A stretch of DNA of 64,000 nt from Azolla caroliniana (taxonomy: Eukaryota; Plantae; Polypodiophyta). Location: the NCBI GenBank assembly GCA_043228905.1, contig JBHGNT010000008.1, forward strand, positions 18,352,001-18,416,000, written 5' to 3'. Made by a program: the position numbers and the translations under genes. The notes below the pieces were generated by a model, which did no database searches, had not been told where the DNA came from, and saw only the letters and a program-made list of their open reading frames with translations. Below, one piece after another: positions 1 through 12,733 of this stretch (position 1 is the stretch's first letter; every line of letters begins with the position of its first letter).

Positions 1-3000
1 ACACGCCTTCAAGCCTTTTTCCAGAATACTCTCTACAATATTAAAGACTCATGTTATATTTACCAACTACCGACATTCAGGCACGTCATTGTAAGGATGG
101 AATGTAGTAGTTGCATTTTTAAAGCTTATTACATCAAAAAACAACATTTTAGTCCAAGATGCCATATTCCTCATAAAAATTACCGTATATATCACTTTCT
201 CTTTTCTTACCCATTTTTTCAAGGACAATCCTTTTGTTCCTCTCTTCTAGATTTTGGTGTCTCTCTTGCATGACATTCAATATATATTGATGTACCTACT
301 ACCTTTCATTGTCACACACAGTTCAACCAGATACATTTTATCCGTTTCATTCCTTAACTTGCAGCAATTCCGTAATCTACCTAAGTTGCCTTGATCTTGT
401 TCTATTCAAGTTTCTAAGAATGTTCTACATCTTAGTTTAATCTCTTCAATCATGTTCATAAAGGCATAATTTTCTTTATATCTTGATACACTATCCGACT
501 AAAGCTCATCTAGTTCTTTCCATGTTTGTTATACCTTCGAGGTTCAAACCACACTTTATTAAAGTGGTTGTGTAAAGATATCTATGTTTTACCCGAGAGT
601 AAGGTCCATCAGGCAACCTCTTTTTACCTAGCTCCTTTTCCTCGAAAGAAATTACATTTTCATTTGAATTCGAATTTAAGAAGAGAATAGTTTTTGTCAT
701 TCTACCCTAGCAATAAGATAATTTTATTTCCCATGTGTATCAAGTACTTACCCAGTGTACATGTTCATAATCTTTTCCATTCCAAATTTGAACTTTTTTA
801 TAGATCCAATGTTAATGACCTCTTTTGTTCCAAATTTTAACTTTTTTTACATAGATAGGGCCAAATAGTTTACAATATCTAGGATTATGTGTAGGTAGAA
901 CATCTTTCTAATTCCAAAGTTTCGCTTTTTCATAGCACTCTTTAAAACACATACACGCATTACCTATGTAAGTGGATGCATTTACATATGTATGTTGCCA
1001 ATATTCTCTTTGCCCCACTATATTATATGGCACACATGTACATAACATCAAGATACATACTACATGTTATTGATGGCGCATAGGTGAGTGACAAAGGCAA
1101 ACACTCTTCAACATCATGTGGATACAAAATGAGAGTAAGACATTAAGAAACTATGTAGGAGATTGAAAAAAAGGCAAATATGTCTTCTATATGTATGTGT
1201 AGATTGTCAAGTGATTGTGCATGTGCATGTTTGGTAGATCCTCATCAAAGCAATATACCCTTTGTTCACATTTAGGATACATATTTTCAAGCTAATGAAT
1301 ATATCTACACATGTCGATGGTTGCATTTATGCATCTTTCACATTTGTCAATCTAGTGAATATTTCGAGTATATAATTTAGTTTTTATCATTCGTCGTGGA
1401 GAGTGTCGTTGTAGAGCAACAAATCTCTCCTCGATCACCCAAACGAAGGACAATGTTTCATATCAACTTTAAAGCAAGGAATAAAGTCACCTATTTCTGT
1501 CCACCCATGTGCGTCTACCCCTGCATACTCTGACATCCATGACATCCTTGCCCTCTCTTTGAGTTCACCTTTGTAAGGATATTCTCTTACACATTGGACT
1601 TGTCCTAGTTCGACTACATGTGCAAAATATATCTTTGCATACCTGAAGGAACTTTGTTAAAATCATCATCTATATTGCCTACATATGAAATAAATATCAT
1701 GAAAGATATGGTTGCACGACTTTATAGCAAGGAAACTATGTGGTGATGTCGAAGGTTTATTCATCATCATGTCATGAAGAGATCAAAGTTGATTTGTTTT
1801 TTTAACTAACCAAGAAGAAGTAGCAGCATAGATATCAATATCACTCTAGCGTCACAATTCCTTGTACCCATGCATCATTAAATAAAGGGTGGGCAATCCT
1901 TTTGTTTATAGTATAATGTTCGACCAACTTGGTATAAGCAAACAATATTATTATTCTACAAATACCTTGGTACACGGTTGTGTGAAGAGTGGGTTGGGAC
2001 AAGTGTTATTTCTTGTTCCATAATCATGTACGGTAATCTGCGCACAAAAAGTTGCAAGGTTTTTTGCATTTATTACTTTTCTTTAGGGTTTTTCCTTGGC
2101 AATGCATACAATTGGAACAAGCAGAAAATTAAAACAAAATGAAAGTTCTGTTCAAATTTGGAAATGTTGGCCATTAAACAAATTCATTAATGCAAACCAT
2201 GACAAATAAATGGGAAAAGAAAGTATAGCAATATGATATATATTGTTAACTTGCTTAAGCTTTTTAGAATTCTCATCAATCAGATCAATCCTTATGGGCA
2301 TGGTGAAGCAATGTAACATCATGTTGAAATGGTATGCAATGTGTCTATGTACACAACAATAAATATTAGCACATAGGCCACAAACAAACAAATGTAATTA
2401 ATTAATTAATTTGGACAAAATGAGGGTATCATATAGTTCATGTGCCCTTATTTCTCGGCACTCATCACATGAGAGTTGTATCACCTTAACTTGACAAGCC
2501 CCATGTTGATGAAAATTTGCTTCCATTAGTGGTTTGTCTCCGTAGGCAAACTGGTATTTGGCACTATTTTAGGTTAATGCAATTATGATGCTTGAATTTC
2601 CCTACAATATTAAGTTAAAAACGTGTACTACACAGTTTGAGCCAAAAGAACTATTGGGAGAGTGCTCCAAGTCCCATCTCTTTTACAATGACTCGTGACT
2701 CATTCTTGTCGCTACTTGCTTGATCCTTTGAATCTGAATATATACTACATAGGCACTTCATCTTTTGAATGACAAAGTTATGCCTATAATTGGGTTCATC
2801 ATGAAACGCAATTGATCAACTATGTCACGTCACAATCAATATTCCCTTAAATCATTTCATTGTGATCTTTAAAAGTAGAGCTTCACGTTATTTTTATATT
2901 TTTGATTTATCATCATGAATAACTCATTGGATGTCCCAACACCAATAACTTTAGAATATGGCTATGAATGATAATGAACTCATTTTCTATATCATGAACA

Positions 3001-6000
3001 TCATTTTCATGTTATGCTTTCACACCTACATTATGACAATCACTCTAATAATAACTTTTTGGTTAGATGTAGAAACATCCTTTTTATATTATGTGTTTGT
3101 TAACTTAGTTCTTGAAAAAATCCAAAGATATACAATATTCTCTTCCAAGTAAAATTTAGTGCAATTATATATGCATGGCAGGTGAAATATTACATAATTT
3201 TAAGAGGTTTGTACATACATCAATGTGTATGATTGGCCAAGCCATTCGTATCATGTAACATATTTGTCGGAATGGTTTTACTCCAAATAGTGACCCTTGG
3301 TACATATCATATGGTAATAGGCTATCCTCTTGCAACAATGATAAATTAGACCCTCATGCATCAAATGCCTTGATTTAAATTTATTTTCTCATAAACATTC
3401 TCGTGTTCAAAATTTAAATTCTTATACAAAAATTCCCTACTTTTGTATTCGAAATTCGTTTTTGTGGTGCTAAATCTAGTTTTACATGCCAGAGATAGAT
3501 AGATATAATTTATCAACATTCTCGTGAAACGTTTTCACTTGGTATGAGAGATTAAGTAGTGACTCTTGACATGTAAAATATGCTAGAAGGCAAAGCCTTG
3601 TGTCCAATTGTGATAACAAACTTGTCAAAGGAAAAATATACAACGTTTACACATTTCCTCGCTTCGACTCTATTGCTTCGTCTCACATAAAAGACAACGG
3701 TAATTAAGCCATGTAAAAACAATGGTATCAATTGCAAACAAAGGAGTGGATAACATGTATAAGAGAAAAAGATGGTTTTGTAATTTAGAGCAACATATGT
3801 AATATAATGTATGATATGTGAGGTTCCACATCTTTCACAAGACCTGATACATTGACGTTACAAAATAACTTAATTCATGAAAGAATTTATTGGAGCAACT
3901 ACAATGCATCCCATATTCTAAATCGTTTCTTCATATCTTCTATCCATCCAAGAACCAAGATTTGTGTTTGTTATCTTTTTAAGTTTTTTTACTTCTTGTG
4001 AGATTCTCTAAAGTCAATGAATAGGAGGGGCTCACTTGAAACTTCGTCAATGATCTTAATGGGAAGTGAACCAGTCTCACAAAGTTACCGAAAGCCAAAA
4101 TTCGTTACAAAGAACTCTCCAGAGACGCATAGGTGGAAGATTTAAAAATTGTAGAAGAAAACAAAAATCTAACTAAATGCTAATATGAAAAATTACATGT
4201 ATTCTCATTTTACAGTTTTGTATCTTCCCAAATAAACAACATGAGATCATTCCTATTGTTGTCAATGATGGTTTTTGTCTTTGTTAGGGGTTTTTGAAAT
4301 GTGGTTTTCAAATATTCTTCTATTTCTTGTACATTGATGTAGTGTATTATCTTTCTTCTCTCAATATTCATCCAACCCTAGTTTCAATTCTCAATTTTTG
4401 TGATTGTGTGCATGTTATTGCGATGTTATGTCTTGCTCAGTTTGGCATAGGTGTCCAACATTGCATTTGAATGCAACTACGATACTACTCAAACTTAGAT
4501 CGTGTTCTTCATTTCGTATGTAGGGCTTCCGATATGGTTGACTAAAACGTGAAATAATGTGCACATTCAAATATTCTTCAACATGCCATCTTGAAAACTA
4601 TCTTGGATGTCTTGAACACATCCAAATGAAAACATTTTGCTTTGGTAGTAAGAGTTAAATTTTGTACAAGATCCTCTTATCTATATCAAGCCTTGTGTGG
4701 ATAATAAGAATTTGGTGAGAAATACAGAAGAAAGGACTTTGAGCCAAATTCTTGTAATTAAGTTGTCAATTTGAGTTGAACAAATGATCGTAGAATGTAA
4801 GATCATATGATTGTTGGTTGTTAAGAGACATTACAAGTATGTTTACTTAGGCCAAATGTTCGAATATGTGTATTTCCAAAAATAGAAGAACTATTAAATA
4901 AGAGAAATCATTTTATGAAATAGGGGAGAGAATTAACAAATACAACCATCATTACAACGTAAGGAGGACCCAAATTTATAATAAACTCTTGTAGGCTCAA
5001 ATCTTAAAGAATTGGTGAGAGAGAATTTGACAAATGATAGAAGAAGTCATTATGTACATATAGATTATTTGGTCAACGAACATTTGATCATTGTTATCTT
5101 TTTCAAAATTCATTACAATAATCACACATGTGCTTGTTATGTCCAATGTAGGGCACATTTATGCCCCTTAATTATTGCTTTTAGTTGTATAAATTTGTGG
5201 GTTTTGTCTCATTTTAAGTTTTCCCACTTTGAGATGTGACTAAAAACAAGTGTTGTGTGCGTGAATGCATTCAATAGAAGGTATATGCTGCCATCCTCAT
5301 TTGGAACATACAACATCAATGTTTATTCTATTATTTTAATCCTATTATATGATATTAAAAACAATTGTTCCTAATATTATAAAAACAATGTTTCATTAAT
5401 AATTATTACAAGTGCATTCTTTCAAAATCGACTTATTTGCTACTTGAAATATGAATGAGTATGATTATGTAAAGGTTACACTTTGCTGGGATTTTGGCTA
5501 CAAAAATAAGATTTTTGGGAAGCTCACTTTATGCCTCCTTTCTGATATATGTATGCCCGAAATGATTTTACAATGAAGGCTGAAAAGCATCCTAAAACAA
5601 AATTTTGAATACAAACTACTTGATGAAACTTTTGGACAAGTATAAATGGTTGTGAACGATTATATTCTCGCGATAGAGATTTACAATGGGGAAAGTTTCA
5701 AAACGCCATTGTATTACACACCATGCTACATGTGTTTTTGTTTGTGTATTTGCTAGCGTCATCTTTTTATGTGGCATAGGAAAATGCCTAGAATCAAAAC
5801 CCTTTATTAATTGGGTAGTTAGTTAAATTTGGTCCTATATGTAATCAATTTAGATTATTTAATAGCATCATATTCGATTAATAAGTTCATTATTAATATG
5901 CTCCTTAATAGAACAATTTATTAGTTGCTCATTAGTAGCTATACATATATGTAAGCAAAACATAAACATCTTCACTTAATTATATAGTTGTGAATGAGAG

Positions 6001-7118
6001 CATCAAATCAAGTAAAGTTATCTTTATCTTTATTGTAAAACCTGAAATTTCCGATGCATGTTATAATAAGCACAAAAACCACTACCTTGTATTCAGGTAA
6101 AAAGAAGCCTTTTGGCATCAGAAAATGTAATAGTTACTAGTTAGGCAACTATGTATGAAAATGAAAGCTACAAGGGACCCATGCACTTTCGAAATGAGAG
6201 CAATGCACAAATTGAACATCTCAATCATAAACAAGGACATATCCATGAGCCAAGATTGAGTTTCCAAAAAGAAAGAATGGAACATGTTCCGTGTGACTAA
6301 GTGAGAGAATCTTTCCACATGTTTTACGAAACTCTTTTATACTTTTCTAGGAGATATGTGTGCACCCGTGTTTGAGAATCAAAGAAACATTACATTGCTT
6401 ACAAATTGAGAAAGTTTATATGATCCAATTGCACCCAGATATGGAAACCGAATGGCAATTCATCAAGTGTCAAAAGATTGATCAATAATTTTGGGGAGGG
6501 GCGGGGATGCCTTCATTCAAAAACATAATACGTTTTAGAAACAAATGGTTAACAAGACACTTTGCCCTATTTCAAAGTTGTGTAAGGAAGTACCCATTAT
6601 TTGATAGTTTCAAAATGTTTTAGTCAAGTTAATTGGTTCTTTGCCAAAAGGTACCTACGATGTTTTTAGGATATTATGCAAACAATGTAGTATAAAGATG
6701 ATTAAGACGAACAACTCACTTTTTGAGTACACAAGATCTTTGTTGTAAAAATTTAAGTTTTAATCTTTGTTTACGAGGTAGACTTACTACACATCCCTTG
6801 TGATAGGCTTTATTGTCATTTAAATTAATCTCTCTCAAGTACTTCTAATGTTTGGCATGGGTTTGCGTTACCTTCCTAAGATGTCTATGACGATTTATTT
6901 ATTGCATTCTCTTGCATTAACATATCATTAGAAATAGTTATAGGGATTCCCACAACTAGTGTTGATCTATGCCATGAGGTCCAAGTATCATGTTTGAAGC
7001 AATGATGCACACAAGATTCTCAATACAATTGCATTATCAAAATTCTCATCTTCTCTATTTTATGATAAAGCCATATTCTTTGACAACCTTATACAACCCA
7101 CATGCTTAATAAAAGACA

Positions 7119-7120
<2 letters not shown>

Positions 7121-7192
<72 letters not shown>
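7121..7192. repeat. (CT)n microsatellite
   Basis: Uninterrupted CT dinucleotide run of about 70 nt. Confidence 0.95.
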
Positions 7193-7195
<3 letters not shown>

Positions 7196-7224
7196 ACTAC
7201 ACATGTTGCACCTAACTACAAAAC

Positions 7225-7715
7225 CATATTCTTTGTGAAACGGGGAAATCGTACACATCGATACATGTTAGAGCCCATACCGTTATCTGCCATTCGAACC
7301 ATTGCTTCCATGCGACTTAGCTCACATGCATTGCGATGTGAGACAAGGCGTTGGGGCACAAGTGATGAGAGTGGTTGGCTATGCACACTTTGCCCTAAAC
7401 AAGTTCACGAGTCTTAGTATCATATTTTGATACAATGCTCTGCCTTTGATCATATTCGACCATGCTTTCCACATCTCTTCGACCGAGCCCAATCCTTGCA
7501 TGAATTCCTCTCACAACCACAATGTGCACTCTTGATTGCAACATTCATTGGTAAAGTTCTTGAACATCGAGAGTCACTACTCAGTTTCGTGTTGCAATCA
7601 TTGGTAAAGTTCTTGAACATCAAGAGTCACTACTCAGTTTCACACGTATCACGTGAAATGTAATATTTTTGGTCTCATAGGTCATATTTGACCTCCGAAG
7701 ATGATAATATAATCT
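7225..7715 (+). mobile_element. 3' end remnant of a non-LTR (RTE-like) retrotransposon
   Basis: Reads IASMRLSSHALRCETRRW...LCTLCPKQVHES*YHILIQCSAFDHIR, the C-terminal CCHC zinc-finger region of a LINE ORF2; in-frame stop; followed by a short AT-rich tail. Confidence 0.65.
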
Positions 7716-7729
7716 ATCGATCTCTCTCT

Positions 7730-8027
7730 CTCTCACGCTATCTCACAATTACATAGTCAAGAACACTCTACTCTTACACAATGAACTACTTACATAAAGT
7801 TTTGCCCTAGTTACCTTTATACTTAGATAACTTAGGAATATTTACAAAGCCGGTTGGCCCAAGTAGGCGCAACCGAAACATATTTACATATGTATCCTTT
7901 TCCAGATGTCGATCCAGACACCAATCCGAACACCGATCCATTCTCTCTCTTTTCCTTCGGATCCTTCGGATCCTACAGATCCGACTCGTGCTCTCCTTCC
8001 CATCCGGAGGGACCTTGTTTCCCAACA
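7730..8027 (-). mobile_element. Partial solo LTR, same family as the LTR at 41780-42414
   Basis: CATCCGGAGGGACCTTGTTTCCCAACA at 8001-8027 matches the LTR start at 42388-42414; left boundary uncertain. Confidence 0.55.
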
Positions 8028-9099
8028 ACCGGAAATGGTCATTCAACTCAAAGGGTACATAAATGTCGATTGGGTCGGCTACAAGACCGACAAAAGATCG
8101 ACCTCAGGATTTGCCTTCTCCCTCGGTAGTGGAGCTATCTCCTAAAGCAACAAAAGTAGCTGACAGTTGCACTGTTGACCGTAGAAGCCGAATATAGGGG
8201 CACCGTCATCGCAACATGTGAAGACATTTGACGAAAGAGAATATTGAAGGATCTTGGTGTTCCCATCAAGGATTCAATTCTCCTTTACTACGACAACATG
8301 ATCAATATTCATTTGGCTTGAAACCCGGTGTTCCATGCGTGCACGAAGCATATCAAAGTGCATTTATCACTTCATCTAAGAGCACGTTCACGCTGGAGAT
8401 GTCGACTTGCAGCACATTCAGCACAAACCTTCAGGTAGCCGACATCTTCACAAAAGCCTTAGGAGTCGACAAGCTCAGGCAATTCATGTTGAATCTTGGC
8501 CTAATGATAGCCACATTGTCGAGCTTGAGGGGGAGTACAACACAACAATAGAATAACAACCAATCGATCGATCAAAGCCAACCAAAGGAGTAGTCGAAGT
8601 AGCAGCTCAACCGACCAAGGGGGGTCGAAACACGAAGCTGAACTTAGTAGTTGAATGAGCAGACAAACAGATAAGCTAGTCAAACAAGAAGCACGAAGTA
8701 GTTGGACGAAGGAGAACATATATCAATCGACTAGTCAAAGCTGATCCAATCGACCATCCAGACACTGAGCCTAGGAATTTAGAAAGCCGAAACACGCCAA
8801 ACAACAAGACGACTTTCCGGCGACCGGAAGTGTTGTGTTTGAAGGGGCGTGTTGAGAGCCAAACCCAACTTCTCCAATGGAATGACTTTCACATTAGCAA
8901 TGGACACTCTAGATTCATGCTAGTTTTATAATTAGTAGAAAGGGCAGTTGCCCTAAGTTAGTTGGTATTTAAACCAACACTTTTGTAACCAAATTACTTG
9001 TTTGATGTATTTCTATATTGCTAATACAACTTCTTGTTCTCTGTCTCTCTCTCTATCTAGTTGTCTTACACACACACACACAATTCCTTTTGCTGCACA
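8028..9099 (+). mobile_element. Ty1/copia 3' fragment: degenerate RNase H, 3' UTR, PPT and 3' LTR (8850-9099)
   Basis: GYINVDW...DKRSTSGFAFSLGSGAIS and LQVADIFTKAL motifs with stops/frameshifts; PPT GAAGGGGCG at 8841-8849; LTR TGTTGAGAGCC...GCACA similar to 24249-24554. Confidence 0.85.
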
Positions 9100-10559
9100 A
9101 TATCACCTACACTCTCCATTTCTTTACAAAATGTAGTTCTAAAAATATTTACCATTAGTATGTTTCTTAATTTGTTGCATGTTCAATCGTTAGTCATAAA
9201 AAATTGCTCGACACTTGCGGAAACAATGCATCATATGTTGGTTGGGGTCATTGGCACGATGGATTTCCTCAGACAAAGTTTCTACGAGTAAAATACCGTT
9301 AGGAAGAGGGAATTGATTGAGCTTGTGTGTCTAATGGACAAAGAACTCTTGTATCTTTCTTGGATATTCAAAGGCATGTTTTGATTAACCTCCTTGATGC
9401 AAGTGAGCTTATAGATGTTGTGAGCACCATTTGGATGTTTTGGGTACAGTAATTCATGTGCATGTTGAAGAGGTTTGTTAGACAAAGATCACAACTAGAG
9501 GGATGTGATACCTCTATGAGCATTTGTCCACAATCATCGTGGGAGTGGCTTGGTATTTATAATCATTGACTTGGAAGTGCGGGTGTGAATCCTGCTTCTT
9601 GCAAAATTAAGGCCAATCTCAGGGGAATTTTCACCAAATGTTTAAATTTTCATGATGTTCCTCATTTTCATCCAAGTAGTATTAAGAACAAGATTTACAA
9701 ACTCCTTAGAAATTTGGTTTAGCATAAAATCTCTAAGGTGACTGTTGTAATTGCTATATATTACAATAAATTTAAGAGAGAAGGTAATCAAAATAGAATA
9801 AGTTCTTTCTTTACAATAATTAGCCCTTTTACACATGATCAATTAGATTAAGATATGCGTATTGGGAGGATATCCCCAAGTTTCGTATGGAAACCTCAAG
9901 CCTAGGCCCTCAAATCCCCTAGAAACGTGAACCCAACAATGAGCTCTCTAGCTCTTTTAATAGCATTTTGGGGCTCCTTTGTCGTATAACAATATTTTAA
10001 CGTGCATTGAACTTTAACTTTATCCTCATATAAATGTCTAATGCTAACAAACCTTGCGGAGTTTGAACCGTAACTTTGTTGTTTTGACAAATACCTCGTA
10101 CCATTTGAGTTATCTTTTGTGGTTGTTTTAATTTCATCTCCTCTCTTCTTCTTATATGCCTCTTCATCCAAATCTAAAACTTTTGTAAACAGGGCTCTTA
10201 GACGTTTTTCTCCCTTGGCACACACCACATCATGTCAACACCATATTGTTAATGGTGGTCGTTAGTCAACGGAGGTCAACAATTGATAGCCGATCGTTTG
10301 TGGCTAAGACACACATTAAGTGGTGAGTAGAATGGATGCTTTGTTACTTACAATTTGTAGTTAATAACATTACACACAATGAACTAACTACGACATGGTT
10401 AATAGAGTTAACACAATATAGATGACCAAGAGTTTGATTCATTATAAGTATTTACAATGGCAATAAAGCGGTTATGGTTGACAATGGCCGATTAGGAGAA
10501 ATGCTCTACTAATGACAAGTATAAGAGCAATGAGGCTCTGCTCGAAGGATAGGTTGAGA

Positions 10560-11180
10560 AAGGATTCTTAGAGAGTTACACATATACCCACAATTCTCAA
10601 GGCATAACCATTAACAAACATTAACTCTTTTTCTATTACATTTAATTCAGTTTTCAATTGAATCTTTCTTGCTTTTGTATTAACTACATATAAACCTACC
10701 AACTTATCCCAAGCTTCCTTGGGAGATTGAGCATATACATACATACATCTATATATATGAACCAACATCAAATCATTGATGTTGAGTGAAATCCAACGGA
10801 ATATATTCCTTGCTCCATGATTCCGAACTTGATTTGTGCAAAGGGTTGGATTTGCGCTTTCACAACTCAGGCACTCATTCATGTTCTCCTTCAATGTATT
10901 TCCAATATCCTTTTCCCTCAAGGAAATTCATAATTTTTAACTTCCATGCTTGAGACCATTTGATTTGTACTGTCAATAGCCATATTTGTCATTTCTTCAA
11001 TGGAAAAAATGGTATAAGATCTATTTGTTCCTCTTTGTCCTCTCTCGCACCGCTATTTAGCAATATCTTAAGCCAATGTAATGAGCAAATACTTCCAAAT
11101 ACATGTTCGAGGCACACAAATTCTTTATGCCATTTGATGGCATCTTACAATGGTGTGTCACAAGCTCTAATACCATGTTA
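10560..11180 (-). mobile_element. Ty1/copia 5' remnant (PBS-Met and gag N-terminus)
   Basis: AQSPKEAWDKLVGLYVVNTKARKIQLKTELN is nearly identical to gag of the 36230 ORF; minus-strand TAACA-TGGTATTAGAGC (mutated tRNA-iMet PBS) at about 11164-11180. Confidence 0.8.
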
Positions 11181-11745
11181 CACATGCTAACCTTACAAGC
11201 ATGTTTTTTATTTCATGAACGACAATCTTGCAAACTTCGCAACCCAAAAAGTACGAGTACAATTCAAGAGTTAGTACGTATTCTAATGGATCATTTGCAT
11301 AATTTTCTTACCATCGTGGATAGAGACTCAATGTGATCATGAGTGAAGGATGTACCCACTCATTTATTGTCATGCTTATTAATGAATGTAGAAACTCTTA
11401 GGTTTCATTTAGCAAAGTAACCATCCCATGATAATATTCAAGGCTTGAACCAAGATTTTGGAACATATACACTTCACATATATGTGAATGCTAAAACTAA
11501 TGAGCAAGGGTGAATATTTCTGCAGTTTTTTAGAGTTTGTGTGGAATCAAGTCGAATGTGTTTTCGCAATATTTTTCTAGGCCGATGGCCACATAAAAAA
11601 ACAAAGTATGATCATCGACTACGTGTTAAGTTGTTAACAATGTTAAACGCTCGGATAAAGGACACTCTCAACAATGTTAGGTTTGTTAAAAAATTGTGTG
11701 CGTGCATGCGAGTGTGTGTGTGTGAGCATGATATCTATCCATTGC

Positions 11746-12020
11746 AAACCCTAAAATCCAATAAAACCCTAAATGCACCGAACCCTTAAAATGCAAGTAA
11801 ACCCTAAACGCACCCAAATCTCAAAATCCAATAAAACCTAAAACGCACCACACCCTAAAATCCAATCAACCCTAAACGCACCATGCCCTAAAATATCTAA
11901 GAAACCCTAAACGCACCATGCCCTAAAATATCTAAGAAACCCTAAACGCACCATGCCCTAAAATATCTAAGAAACCCTAAACGCACCATGCCCTAAAATA
12001 TCTAAGAAACCCTAAACGCA
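11746..12020. repeat. 35-bp tandem repeat built from telomere-like CCCTAAA units
   Basis: Unit AAACCCTAAACGCACCATGCCCTAAAATATCTAAG; about 4 perfect copies at 11868-12007 preceded by 3-4 degenerate copies. Confidence 0.9.
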
Positions 12021-12042
12021 AGAACAAGTCACCGGAGAAGGC

Positions 12043-12340
12043 GACACGTGGCACCCCCGCCGCCGACGTCGCTGACGTTTGCCGCAGCTGGCAACGAACC
12101 GGACGGACGTCAGCGGCTGACGTGTGCCGTCGTTTTCTCAGGTTCCCACGGCGCCGGCTGGCGGGAGCAGACGTCAGCGGCTGGCGTTTCCCGTCGTTTT
12201 CCCGACAGCTGGCGGAGGCGGGGGCGTCAGCGGCTGACGTGTCGTGTCGTCGCCGTCGGTTTTTTCCCGCGCTCGCCGGCTGCCTGCGTTTTCTCGGCCC
12301 CTTCTTCTTCTTGCGTTTTCTCGGCATTTCATATATAAAC
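12043..12340 (+). promoter_or_regulatory. Putative GC-rich promoter of the GDSL gene (G-box/ABRE, inverted TGACG pairs, TATA)
   Basis: GACACGTGGC at 12043-12052; repeated GACGTCAGCGGCTGACGT-type palindromes at about 12065-12245; TATATAAA at about 12332. Confidence 0.45.
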
Positions 12341-12479
12341 GCGCGCAAGCTCATCATTCGCCATCGCTCATAATCCTTCTCATCATCATTGCTAAACCCT
12401 AAACCCTTAATCCCCTCCCTGCGTTTTCTGCATTTCATACATAAACGAGCGCGAGCTCATCATTCGCCATAGCCATCGC

Positions 12480-12516
<37 letters not shown>

Positions 12517-12613
12517 TCTCATCATCATCTCCATCTCCATCTTCATCATCATCAGCATCTCCATCATCATTCTCATCATCATCTCCATCTCCATCGCCAT
12601 CGCCATCGCCATC
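12480..12613. repeat. (CAT)n / (CCATCT)n / (CCATCG)n compound microsatellite upstream of the GDSL start codon
   Basis: Directly visible trinucleotide and hexanucleotide runs. Confidence 0.9.
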
Positions 12614-12733
12614 AGAGCAGAGCTCTGCAGAAATCACCAAGAAAGAAAGCCAGAAAGAAAGAAAAGAGGCGATCGATCAGCACCAAGAAAGAGGAGTTTG
12701 GGGAATCAATCATTAATCTTTCTTCTGCTTGCG

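Noticed and set aside
1-7100. Genes in the first 7 kb
   Set aside because: Only short ORFs without recognisable motifs; probably old TE debris that cannot be classified by eye.
11746-12020. True or interstitial telomere tract
   Set aside because: CCCTAAA units are embedded in a 35-bp higher-order repeat rather than a contiguous (CCCTAAA)n run.
11977-12640. Minus-strand basic and poly-Asp ORFs
   Set aside because: They are by-products of GC-rich repeats and a (CAT)n microsatellite and have no domain features.
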